64,000 nucleotides of DNA, taken from assembly GCF_006345805.1 (NCBI RefSeq), contig NC_043000.1:25916001-25980000 (forward strand), in the 5' to 3' direction. Origin of the DNA: Octopus sinensis. Its lineage: Eukaryota. The translations under genes were made by a program, and so were the position numbers. Position 1 is the stretch's first letter. Every line of letters begins with the position of its first letter. Positions 1 to 11,366 of the stretch are shown one piece after another. The notes below the pieces were generated by a model. The model made no database searches. It was given only the letters and a program-made list of their open reading frames with translations, and had not been told where the DNA came from.

Positions 1-292
1 CACACACACCATCATCATCATTGTCATCATTTAGCATCTGTTGTCCATGCTGGCATGGATTGTGTGGTTTGACCAGGGCTGGCAAGCTGGAAGGCTGCAC
101 CAGACCCCAACTGATTTGGCATGGTTTCTACAGCTCGATGCCTTTCTTAATACCAACCACTTTGAGAGTGTAATGGATGAGTATGCAAGTTTTAAAGTCA
201 AACAGGAAGTTATATTTGTTTTGCAAACTAAAAGTGATAGTAATGTAGTGCAAAAAGGGAGGCTAAGCACATATAAGTACAATACAAGCAGC

Positions 293-480
293 ATCATCAC
301 TGATTCATTCATCACTGATTCATTCATCACTGGTTTATTCATCACTGGTTTATTCATCACTGATACATTCATCACTGATACATTCATCACTGGTTTATTC
401 ATCACTGATACATTCATCACTGATACATTCATCACTGGTTCATTAATCACTAGTTCATTCACCATTGGTTCATTCATACT
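293..480. repeat. 15-bp minisatellite (ttcatcactgataca / ttcatcactggttta)
   Basis: About 12 copies; produces the FITDT/FITGL pseudo-ORF. Confidence 0.9.
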
Positions 481-2114
481 GATATGTGATAACATGGTAT
501 GTTCAGTTGTTACACAACAACTTTGCAGTTACCTTGGAGTCATCTGAAATAACATGGGGTGGTGGTCAAAGCTTCTGCTTGTATCACAAAATACTTCCCA
601 GCAACCACCCACAATGCTCAGCTATCCAGAATGTACTGACTATTGTTTGTGTTTACACGACCATGCTGTTGTTTTTAATAGATTTATGTATTGTACCCAT
701 CAACATGGGATCAGTGAACAGGAAGAAATATGAAGGTACCTGGTCCTAACAAACAATACAGAAGAGTGTATTCTCTGAGAAAAGCTAGAAATAATAAAAT
801 ACTTGATGGTGGAAGCTTCACTGCTTTGGGTTAGGAGTTTACCATTCATTCCATTTAGAAAGTGTGTGTGAATATGATTCATTTATCACTGTTATAAGTG
901 AGGATAGATGTTTTGGGATTAGAGTGAAGACTTGTTGATTTTAGATGAAAACCTAAATTGTTATAGGTTTCTGTTTGATTGGTTTCAATAAATGACTGTT
1001 TGTAGAATGTGTGTTGTAAAGAGTATTGGCTGCGAGCCTCGGAACCAGATATAGGCTACATCTGTTTGGCCAGGGCTAACTGGGCCAAGAAATGCTTGAC
1101 CATCATTCTTTGTCTACCCCTATGCTTAGTCATGCAACCTCAGTTATATTTTTGATTTCAAATCCAAAAACATCGTATCAGTGGTTTCTCAACTGTTTTT
1201 TTCCCCCACAGAACCTCCCTTGATCCTTATTTCACTTGGATGTATCCTCATAACCATTTGATGTTTAAAAAATCCTATTATGTTTTTACAATTAAATGTT
1301 ATTAGAAATTCTTTAAAAAAAAAATTTTAATGTTTTGTGTATTGTTGAATTATAAACCAATTTATATAAATACTAGCAGCTAAACCCGGTTTCACCCAGT
1401 CTGTTTGGATGATGTGGTTGTGATTGTTTTTGGTTAGGCATAATCTATAACAGTGTTTCTCAACCTTATCATTTCGGGTCCCCTGTTTTGATTGGACCCT
1501 CCAGCTGTATGAATATTTGCTGACTCCCCCCACCCCTGTCAGAAAACAGCTTCAGGAGTTGTGAAAAAAGAATTTGTACATAGTCTGGGGGAATTCCATT
1601 AGAAAAAGTTTTAATCGATTTTCTTGGTAAGTATGGGGGCCAGGAAAAAAATACAAACTGCATTCCAATCTATGCACCTGTCTCCACATGTGTGCCATTT
1701 TTCACGTGAATCAACCCCGCCGTTTGGCTGTGAACCTCAAGACAAGAAAGAATACAACGATCGCCCATGTCCAATTTATATTATAGATTAATGACAGAAT
1801 CTTATTTGGTCCTCCAAGGGCCATATGGATGGACCCCAATTGAAAACCTCTGTATTGACCAAATGAGACCAAGGTGACATGGAAGACTAATTTTTGTACA
1901 TGTGAAGCATTCAAGATTTTAATGACAGATTGAGATCTGCTACATGTAAAGATTGAAATTGTAATTTACCGCAAGCATAAATTTTCTTGGGTTTTTATTT
2001 ATTATGTGATACAAACGAATTAATCATAATGATGATGGTATAGAATATAGTCATCATGAACTGTATTCCATGATAATTGATGCCATATACACATGGGCGT
2101 ATGTATGAACAACT

Positions 2115-2487
2115 GGTTTCCGTGCTGGTGGCATGTAAAAAGCACCAACTGATCGTGGTCGTTGCCAGCCTCCCCTGGCACCTGTGCTGGTGACACGTAA
2201 AAAGCACCTTTCGTATGTGGTCAATGCCAGCACTGGCTTCCATGCCGGTGGCACGTAAAAACCACCAACCGATCGTGGCCATTGCCAGCCTCCCCTGGCA
2301 CCTGTGCCGGTGGCATGTAAAAAGCACCCACTACACTCATGGAGTGGTTGGCATTAGGAAGGGTATCCAGCTGTAGAAACACTGCCAGATCAGACTGGAG
2401 CCTGGTGCAGCCTCCTGGCTTCCCAGACCCCGGTCGAACCGTCCAACCCATGCTAGCATAGAAAACGGACGTTAAACGATGATGATA
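2115..2487 (+). mobile_element. RTE-tail retroelement, family C, with internal tandem modules
   Basis: Repeated gtgccggtggcacgtaaaaagcacc modules, then ggagtggttggcattaggaagggcatccagctgtagaaac...gttaaacgatgatgat; the same tail follows RTE ORF ends at 19170. Confidence 0.75.
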
Positions 2488-3779
2488 TGATTTTAGTTTA
2501 ATCTACTTCCATTAATAAAATAATAATATAAAATTAAAATTGGATTTACACATAGCAAGTCCCTATTAATACTTCCATCCAGCATATTATTCATTAATAA
2601 ATTAATTGGTTATTCCTCATTCTAACCTATTTTAATTTTTTTTTTTCAAAACATTATCTGCTAAATATGTTTACATTACGATTGTAACTGAATACACATA
2701 CATACAAGATTGTGCAGGCATATTTGTACTCTATCTAAAACCTACTTTCAAATAAGTTATTTCCTAAATAACATTAATTTTAAATTCGGTTTCCATTCAG
2801 TAATTCCCCATTCCTTTGACTCAATATCACATCCATCCAGTCTATTATATTTTCAATGATTTAAGTGTTCTTGCTTAATCAATTATTCTAATTTATTTAA
2901 GCAATCTTATATTGACTGTTACTAAGCAGGATTATAGTTATAATTCTAAGTATCCATCTGAACTTTGATCTTCGCTGCTTTGTAATATTATTTTTATATT
3001 GCTTTTGTATTAATACTTTATAATTTCTTTTTCATGTTTCTTTTAAGATGTCTATATCATTTGCAATGTAGCCAATTATCATTAAGATGCGGTATATTTA
3101 TACTGTGGTCTTATCAAGTGTTCTAGGTATTACCCCCCCTGATGCGATATATCAAAATATTTATAGTTGCAAATGAGATTAAAAATGTGTAAGTATATAC
3201 ATATATGTGCAAGTGAACATTGGGCCTCATATATTGCCCTTCCTAATGCCAACCACTCCGTGAATGTAGTGGGTGCTTTTTACATATATATCATCATCAT
3301 CATAAACATTGTTTAACATCTGTATTCCATGCTGGCATAGGTTGGACGGTTTGACTGGGGTCTGGGAAGCCAGGAGGCTGCACCAGGCCCCAGTCTGATC
3401 TGGCAGTGTTTCTACAATTGGATTCCCTTCCTAACGCTAACCATTCCGAGAATGTAGTGGGTGCTTTTTATGTGCCAGAGGAGCTGGCATCGAACACGAT
3501 CGGATGGTGCTTTTTACGTGTCACTGGCACGGAAGCCAGTCAAAGTGGCACTGGCATTGGCCACATTTGGATGGTGCTTTTTATGTGCTACCAGCATGGG
3601 GCTCACAATTACAATTTCCATTTGATTTGATTTTGATATTGCTGATGTTGATCTATTTGACTCAATAGGTCTCCTTAAGCACGGCATGTTGCCCTAAGAT
3701 TCAAGGTACTTTTGAGTGGGCTGGTTATGTGACACTGATGTAAGTTTCAGCTGTGGACTCACTTTATTTGCTGGATTTT

Positions 3780-4135
3780 CTCAGTCACAGTATACCTCCA
3801 GAGGTCTTGGTCTTTTGTCATTGCCTCTGTGAGGCCCAACGTTCAAAGTTCATGCTTCACCACCTCATATCATGTTTCCTGGGTCTCCCTCCACCCTGGA
3901 TTCCTTCCACTGTTTGGGAGTGGCACTTCTTCACCCAGCTCTCTTTGTCCATCGGCAGTACATGACCATACCAACGCAAATGTCTCTCTTGCACACCATA
4001 TCCGATGCTTCTTATGTCTAACATTTCTCTCAGGGTGTTTACACTCTGTCATGTGTGCACACTACCATTACACATCCAGCAGATCATGCTAGCTTCATTT
4101 CTTTCGAGCCTACACATGTCTTCAGCAGTCACGGT
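3780..4135 (-). mobile_element. RTE-clade LINE ORF 3' fragment
   Basis: Minus-strand translation segments EDMCRLERNEASM, LRWYGHV-like and GRPRK, typical of the RTE ORF C-terminus. Confidence 0.75.
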
Positions 4136-4484
4136 ATTTGGTTACATGTCTTTATGTTCTGAGTTCAAATGCTGCCCTGTCTAAGGCTGATAAAATAAGC
4201 AACTGTCTTCTACAAGGAGTTGATATACCATGGAGTCTGTCTTGCTTGGAAAAGAGGGAGGGTGGTGATTAAAAATGCATTTCTACTATAGAAAATGTGG
4301 CCTATGCAAGAGCGGAAGAGTCAATGTTAAAATGATGACAATGATTATGATGCATACACATCATCGTCATCATTTAAGGTCTTCCTTCCATACTGGATGG
4401 TTTGATGGGAATTGGTAAGTCAGAGAATGGCATCAAGCTCTGTTGTCTGCTTTGCCTTAGTTTCTCCGGCTGGATATCCATATA

Positions 4485-5270
4485 GAATTATTTCTACTCT
4501 AGGCACAAGACCTTGAAAATTTTGGTGGGAAGGAGGCTACTCAATTACATTGACCCCAGTACTCAACTGGTACTTATTTCATTGACCCCTGAAAAGATGA
4601 AAGGCAAAGTTAGCTTTGGTGGAATTTGAACTCAGAATGTAGTGGCAGACAAAATACTGTTAAGTATTTTGTCCAGCATGCTGGATACCCATATATGATG
4701 CCAACCAAGAGTGTACTGGGGGCTTTTTACATGGCACCAGCAGCAATGAGATCACCATGTAGGTTGCAGGACATGGACCCCACCTCAACTGTGTGGGGAG
4801 AAGTATTGATATATGTGTGTGTGCCAATGGTTCTCAATCTTTTTTTAAATTCTTTTTTGTTGTTGTGGTGGTGGTGGTGGGTGCAGTCAATTAGATTGTC
4901 CCCAGTATGCAACTGGTACTTAATTTATCGACCCCAAATGGATGAAAAGCAAAGTCGATCTCAGCAGAATTTGGACTCAGAATGTAAAGACACATGAAAT
5001 ACCGCTAAGCATTTCACCCGGTGTGCTAATGTTTCTGCCAGCTTGCTGCCTTAAAGACAAGCAATATTCTTTTCTACTCTAGGTACAAGGCCTGAAATTT
5101 TGTGGGAGGGGGCCAGTTGAATAGATCAGCCCCAGTATGCAACTTGTAATTAATTTATTGACCCTGAAAGGATGAAAGGCTAAGTCGACCTTGGTGGAAT
5201 TTGAACTCAGAACATAAAGACTGCTAAGCATTTCACCCGGCGTGCTAACTTTTCTGCCAGCTTTCCGCCT
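4485..5270 (-). mobile_element. Cluster of three family B SINEs (Meta-domain-like core)
   Basis: Three copies of actggtacttaatttatcgaccccgaaaggatgaaaggcaaagtcgac...gaatttgaactc...tctgccagct. Confidence 0.75.
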
Positions 5271-5563
5271 TGTTCTCAACCTTTTTAATATCAGGGGCCA
5301 GATTCCAAACCTGGGCTGTCTTAGAGGACCAAAGAAAGTAAAACAAGTCAACTAAAAAAAAATTATATTTATAGAGGGAAGACTGTCAGGGGCCGGCAAA
5401 AGGAGGCTGCATGCAGCCCTGATAGCGGTGGTTGAGTATACTGGCGTATAGTTTTGTGTTGGCATCATGTGATGGTTATAAACGAGCTGTCTTCATACTA
5501 GTAAGCTGTTTTGTTTCCAGTTTTTCATGAAAAACATGTCTGGTCATGAGAAAGTGGTCACAA

Positions 5564-5932
5564 GGAGTGGCTGTGTGGTAAGTAGCTTGCTTACCAACCA
5601 CATGGTTCTAGGTTCAGTCCCACTGCGTGGCACCTTGGGCAAGTGTCTTCTACTGTAGCCTCGGGCCGACCAAAGCCTTGTGAGTGGATTTGGTAGGCGG
5701 AAACTGAGAGAAGCCCGTTGTATATATATATATATGTATGTATGTATGTCCCCACAACATCGCTTGACAACCGATGCTGGTGTGTTTATGTCCCCGTCAC
5801 TTAGTGGTTCGGCAAAAGAGACCGATAGAATAAGTACTAGGTTTACAAAGAATAAGTCCTGGGGCTGATTTGCTCGACTAAAGGCGGTGCTCCAGCATGG
5901 CTGCAGTCAAATGACTGAAACAAGTAAAAGAG
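5564..5932 (+). mobile_element. tRNA-derived SINE, family A (full length)
   Basis: A-box gtggctgtgtggt, B-box ggttcagtccc, central ccttgggcaagtgtctt, internal (TA)n, tail tgactgaaacaagtaaaaga; many copies in the window. Confidence 0.85.
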
Positions 5933-6837
5933 TTACTTGGAAACTGGTGAGGTTCGGTGACAGGAAGGGCATCCCACTATAGAAAATCTGCCTCAACCAA
6001 CTCAAATGTGACCCATAAAAGTGTGGAATAGTGTACGTTAAAAAAATAATGACGATGATGATGTTGTACATTAATGTAGGGCATCCAACGTAGATGCATT
6101 CCATTAATTGAAATTGGTAAAAAAATACCCAAATATTTGAAATAGTCAGAATTTTGATACACAGTTGGAAGTTGTTCTCATTTCATTTCCCCTACACTCT
6201 CCTTGCTGTTGGTGAAAGAAAGGCATTTTTTGTCTTCTAAAAACTCAAGGCTTTGTGCTAAGCTGGTATGTAATGAATCAGATCTGGTGTTTTGCTTCAT
6301 CTTTTTTCTTTTTTTTTTTTAATCTTTTTTTATCTTTCCATTTTGTTTTTACTGTGGTCATGCTGGGGTATCACTTAGAAGGGTTTTTGTTGAATAAATT
6401 AACCCTGGTAGTTATGTTTATTTTTTTTTTTTTTTCAAGTCTGATAATTATTTTATCAGTCTCTTTGGCCAAACTACTAAGTTACCAAGATATAAACAAA
6501 CTAACATCGGTTGTCACTTGGCAGTGAAGGCCAAACATATATACACACATGATAGGCTTTCACACAGTTTCCCTCTATCAAATTTACTCCCAAGGCATTG
6601 ATTAACCTGGGGCTATAGTATAGAAGACATTTGCCCAGGGTGCTGTGCAGTGGAATTGAACCTGAAGCCATATAGTAGTAAAGTGAGCATTTTAACTGAA
6701 CTGCCAGGCTTGTGCTGGTCTATCATTTCTTATTAAATACGTATTTCCATTCACATTATTTAGCTAAAATTCATTTTGTAAAAGTCGCATCATATCATTT
6801 ATAGCCATACCTTCATTATCCTATTTTTGCTTAATTG

Positions 6838-7532
6838 TTAACCCTTTTAACCTTTTCATTACCATATTTCTTTTGAAATGCTCTGTGTTTCTTTCAATTA
6901 ATTTTAAATACAACAAAGAAATTATTAAAATAACTTTGTTATCATCAAGCTAATGTTAGCAACATAAATTGTGACTATGGTTTGGTGGAAGATTTTAATT
7001 CAGAACTTTTGAAAACAAGACATTTATACTACAGAGCCAGAGCTGGTTTCAGCTGTGTTGGTATTGAAAGGGTTAAATTAATCATTTGTTAACCCTTTTG
7101 TTACCATATTTCTGTTGAGATGCTCTGTGTTTCTTTTAATTAATTTGAAATATAACAAAGAATTTAGTAAAATAACTTAATTATCATTAAGCTGGTGTTA
7201 GGAACATAAATTGTGACTAAGATTTGGTGGAAGATTTTAATTCGGAACTTCTGAAAACAAGATATTTATACTACAGAGCCAGAGGCGGTTTCAGCCAGGT
7301 TGGTGTTGAAATGATTAACACCAACCTGCCTGAAACTGCCCCTGGTCCTACAACAAACTTCTTGTTTAAAAGTGATGTATATTAAACCCTTCCATCAAAA
7401 TTTCATGTAAATCTAAGATCCTCTAGCATCACCGTAATAATGACAAAATTATTTTCCTAAATTCTTAATTTTCAAAATTAATTGAAACAAAGACTGTGAC
7501 TTTCAAAGAAAATATGGTAACAAAAGAGTTAA
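6838..7532. mobile_element. Three adjacent piggyBac-like MITE copies (two tandem, one inverted)
   Basis: TTAACCC...GGGTTAA termini; about 230-bp units at 6838-7077 and 7089-7318, inverted copy 7320-7532; relatives near 29112, 45540 and 63085. Confidence 0.65.
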
Positions 7533-8184
7533 GTCCTCTATTATGATTCCACTACGAACTGTTATTTACCAATTTTATTTCATCCCTCTTCTCTTTAAAT
7601 TTTGTCTCTGCCGCTGTATTCTTTTTATATATTACACAAAACAGACAAATTTGTGTGAAAGCCTACTTCCTTACTTCCTTCCTTGCTATTCTCTCTTAGT
7701 TATCTCCTTTGCAAAAAGAAGGGTAATATAATTATTAATAGTGAGAATGTTTTTTTTTTCCCTTTTCTTTGACATTTTTTTCTTGTTTTGTCTTTATAAT
7801 TCCCTCTCTCCACCCCACCCTATCCCTTCCTGTATTTCTTTTAGCTTCCTCCACTGTCTACTCCCCCCTTATTCCCCACTCCACCTCCCCATCTCTTTTT
7901 GTATTTTTTTTGGTGCAGGAAGTTTGAAGTCTGCGAAATTATGAATGAATAAGGTACTCCCTCCCTCCACTCCCGCCGCCTTCCCTGCTCCCTGGTGCAA
8001 AAAAAAAAAAGAAGAAATGAATGGAAAACTTCATTTGAAAGGAAAATTTAACAAAATCAAATAGAAATCTACCCCCCCCCCCATCACACCATCACTTCTG
8101 TCAGAAATAATAAATAAATTTGCTCTGAGTAGAAAACGGTAAAGTCTTCATTCCCAGCCCACTCAAAACAGATCATATTCTTTT

Positions 8185-8862
8185 ATTCGTTTACTTGTTT
8201 CAGTCGTCCGATTGTGGCCATGCTGGAGCACTGCCTTGAAGGGTTTCAGTTGAATGAATCGTCCCCAGAAATGTAAGCGCGCCGGGCGAAATGCTTAGCA
8301 GTATTTTGTCTCCTGTTACATTCCGAGTTCAAATTCCGCTGAGGTCGATTTTGCCTTTCATCCTTTAGGGGTCGATAAATAAAGTACCTGTTATGCACTA
8401 GGGTCTGCCCTTGTTTGTATCCTCTATGTTTAGTTCCTTGTGGGCAATAAAGAAATAAGAAATAAGAATTGACCTTAGGACTTTTTTTTTAAAGCCTAGT
8501 ACTTATTCTATCGGACTCTTTGACTGAACTGCTAAGTTACGAGGGACATAAACACACCAGCATCGGTTGTTAAGCGATGGCAGTGGGGACAAAGACTGAA
8601 ACACACAGAATGGTGGTACAATAATGCACCAATATTTACGGGAAATAGCAGTCAATAATAAATGAAGCTATAGTAAAGCTTCACTGTATATACATACACA
8701 AGACGGGCTTCTTTCAGTTTCTGTCTACCAAATTCACTCACAAGGCTTTGGTTGGCCTGAAGCTATAGTAGAAGACACTTGCCCAAGATGCCATGACATG
8801 GGACTGAACCTGGAACCATGTGGTTGAGAAGCAAGCTTCTTAACACACAGCCACTCCTGCAC
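8185..8862 (-). mobile_element. SINE family A with nested family B SINE (about 8270-8465)
   Basis: Reverse-complement match to 5564-5932, interrupted by a gcctttcatcctttaggggtcgataaa-containing element. Confidence 0.75.
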
Positions 8863-9052
8863 CTAGTGTACATCACAGATTTTCCAGTGTCCTTGGTTCC
8901 AAAATTTTGGCTTATTAACTCTTTTGCTGGACCATTTATGGTAAACATTATACAAATTCATTGACACACCTCTAGCCTATTAATTATGCTATAGATATCA
9001 CACAGTTTACCTTCGGAAATACTATGGTCTATCTTTTTCAACAGGTCTACCT

Positions 9053-9326
9053 CTTTTAATATTTCATTTTTGGATTTGGTTTACAAGATTCTTTATATGA
9101 GTTCGTGTGTTGAAGCATATTCTGTTGTGTCTGGGAAGAGTCATTTTCTTTTTGTGCCTTATAATGTAACACACTCACCAGTAAAATTTCCACTTATTTC
9201 TTATTTTTATTTTCCTAAAATTTTCGTTGCATCTTGCAACCTTTTCAATAGTCTTAACTCTGTCCGTTATTACCAGTGAGTGTGTTACATTATAAGGCAC
9301 AAAAAGAAAATGACTTTCTCCAGACA
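9053..9326 (-). mobile_element. Penelope-like non-autonomous insertion with inverted repeat, 14-bp TSD and minimal HHR variant
   Basis: Direct repeat caacaggtctacct at 9039-9052 and 9327-9340; inverted repeat 9122-9178 vs 9276-9332. Confidence 0.75.
9215..9251 (-). ncRNA. Minimal type I hammerhead-like motif, U3-A8 core variant
   Basis: Minus strand: CTA TTGAAAA g GTTGCA aga TGCAAC GAAA AT TT TAG; 6-bp stem II, palindromic AATT stem III, only 3-bp stem I. Confidence 0.45.
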
Positions 9327-9894
9327 CAACAGGTCTACCTACTTTATCTTAAATCAATATGGATTGATTTCTCTATTTGACACCACCGTTGATGTTCTCA
9401 GTTTTCTCACCTGTAGTAGCCATAGCTAAGGATAGCTTTAAGATAAATAAGCAGAGGTTATGTTGGAATTTTCGTAGTGCCACCAATAAATGCAGGTTAA
9501 ATAATATGTAAACACATCATCATCTGTAGTCGCACAGTGAACTGGATTAGAAGCTATGAGAATTTCAAGTTCTGCTTTATAATTTATCCAGATTAAAAGA
9601 AGTGCTGGATCATCAGCACCTCTTTTAATCGGAGAATCTGTGATGTACCATGTTTGTTTAGGTTGAAATGATTGACATCTGCCTCTTGGCATTGCCCCTT
9701 TTATAATCTAAGAGTAAAAATCTGACTTCATTTTTAACTCTTGGAGTCTAACTACAGTTCAATGAAGTCTTGTGAGGAATTGATGCCTTTACTATTATGA
9801 TTGTTGGCATCACAAGCTGGTCCAAAATTCTAACATTCAGCAATACAAGAAATAAGTTTTGGTTATTCAAGAACAGTATCTGAGTTTAATTGTT

Positions 9895-10117
9895 TATTTC
9901 TTTATTGCCCACAGGGGGCTAAACCTAGGGAGGACAAACAAGGAGATTAAGTTGATTACATCGACCCCAGTGCGTAACTGGTACTTATTTAATCGACCCC
10001 GAAAGGATGAAAGGCAAAGTCGATCTCGGCAGAATTTGAACTCTGAACGTAACAGCAGACGAAATACAGCTAAGCATTTCGTCCAGCGTGCTAACGTTTC
10101 TGCCAGCTCGCCGCCCT
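9895..10117 (-). mobile_element. SINE family B
   Basis: tRNA-like head ggcggcgagctggcagaaacgttagc...gagttcaaattc plus the gcctttcatcctttcggggtcgat core. Confidence 0.85.
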
Positions 10118-10179
10118 TTAATTGTTGGTAGCAGTTCACTTACTCTGCTAATAAAAGGGCAAAATGTCATGCTTTCTGT

Positions 10180-10482
10180 TGTAACATGAGGCTTTGACAC
10201 CCCTGTGGGATTAGAAGAATGGACTAGCCGAATTCTTATAGAAAGTAGTGTATTGGTTGAGTCAAGGAGAGGTCGTAGGGGTCATAGGAAGTTGTTGAGA
10301 TCATTGAGAGTTTGTATTTATTGGAGTATTGTTTTTAGTGGAGTAATTTGAAGTATGTCGTGTGGAGACTGTTGTGTTTATCCTCGCTTTGTTAAATCTG
10401 TATATCCAACAGATAGAAGGACTTAAAAGTGGCGACGAGAATATCCACTTATAGAATTGGTGTTGAGGATATTCACTTATAA
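10180..10482 (+). mobile_element. LTR remnant followed by a duplicated primer-binding site
   Basis: Starts TGTAAC; TGGCGACGAG at 10430 (PBS-type motif complementary to a tRNA-Ser(GCT)-like 3' end); decayed second copy at 10458. Confidence 0.45.
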
Positions 10483-10837
10483 AACTTTCCCATTTTCCTT
10501 TTCCTCCAAATTATAGGACTTTTGTTCTTAGGAGAAACCAATATCATCATTTAACATCCACTTTTCCATTCTTGTATGGGTTGCATGGAGTTTATTGAGG
10601 TAGATTTTTCTATGGCTGGATTCTCTTCCTGTTGCCAACCTGTTTCCAGGTTGGTATAAGGAAATTAATATTTCCTTATGGCTTGATATGTTTTCACAGA
10701 ATATTGGAAATGAACAACACTGCTTGTATGACAGTGACATTCATTTACAGCTATCACATAAGTACTTTTGTCTACATCAGTGGTTCTCAACCATTTTTTG
10801 CCTATGCAACACCTTGGATTCCTATTTTTACGTCATT

Positions 10838-11199
10838 CAAGGAATTGAAATTTTTACCATTAAGACTATTCTGCAGAGACCTGAATAAGTGGAAATCCGA
10901 AGGAGCAATATCTGGTGAATATGGAGGGTGGGATAACACATCCCAGCCAAGCTGCAGCAATTTTTGTCTGGTTCCCAAAGCATCAAGTGCCGAAAATGAA
11001 CTTTCTTATCTTCCATTTTAAAGGATTACAGAATTAACACAGGTTATAGGAACATAAACCTTCTTCCGCGAAAAGATAGTTTAAACTGTGCTCTGAATGC
11101 TGATGTAATCAAATTCTATTTTATGGACTTAACCATATTCTAAAATAAGTCGAAAGTAAGCTACTATAAATCGGCACGAACTTTCTGGACAACCCAATA
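10838..11199 (-). mobile_element. Internally deleted mariner (DD34D-type) element
   Basis: Minus-strand translation TRQKLLQLGWDVLSHPPYSPDIAPSDFHLFRSLQNSLNGKNF (YSPDxAPxD motif); mariner-type TIR aaatcggcacgaactttctggacaacccaa+TA ends 11199; a second same-orientation TIR copy near 11453-11485. Confidence 0.85.
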
Positions 11200-11267
11200 T
11201 ATAAACCCAACCATATTTGTATCATTAAATATCATTAAGAATTGTATAAAAGAATGTTAAAGATAGA

Positions 11268-11366
11268 AAATTACTATTTGTAAATCTCACAATGAGAGAT
11301 ATTCAGCGACAGTACTTTGTAGTAAAGATTGTTTGCCAACATAACATGGCAGTCCTGGTTTAGGAT
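11268..11366. mobile_element. Third fragment of the 52881-53279 element family (no HHR part)
   Basis: aaattactatttgtaaatctcacaatgagagatattcagcgacagtactttgtagtaaagattgtttgccaacat...ggcagtcctggtttagg is the reverse complement of about 53178-53272. Confidence 0.75.

Noticed and set aside
31-547. 154-168 aa ORFs with repeated pentapeptides
   Set aside because: Product of a 15-bp minisatellite plus a retroelement tail; no splice or codon evidence.
889-1060. TG...CA solo-LTR-like segment with AATAAA
   Set aside because: No target-site duplication or PBS visible; too weak to call.
4090-4130. Minus-strand CTGAAGA...GAAA resembling a hammerhead core
   Set aside because: No stems close; it is RTE coding sequence (EDMCRLERNE).
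5564-5635. tRNA-like A/B boxes here and in many other copies
   Set aside because: SINE heads without a complete cloverleaf; not tRNA genes.
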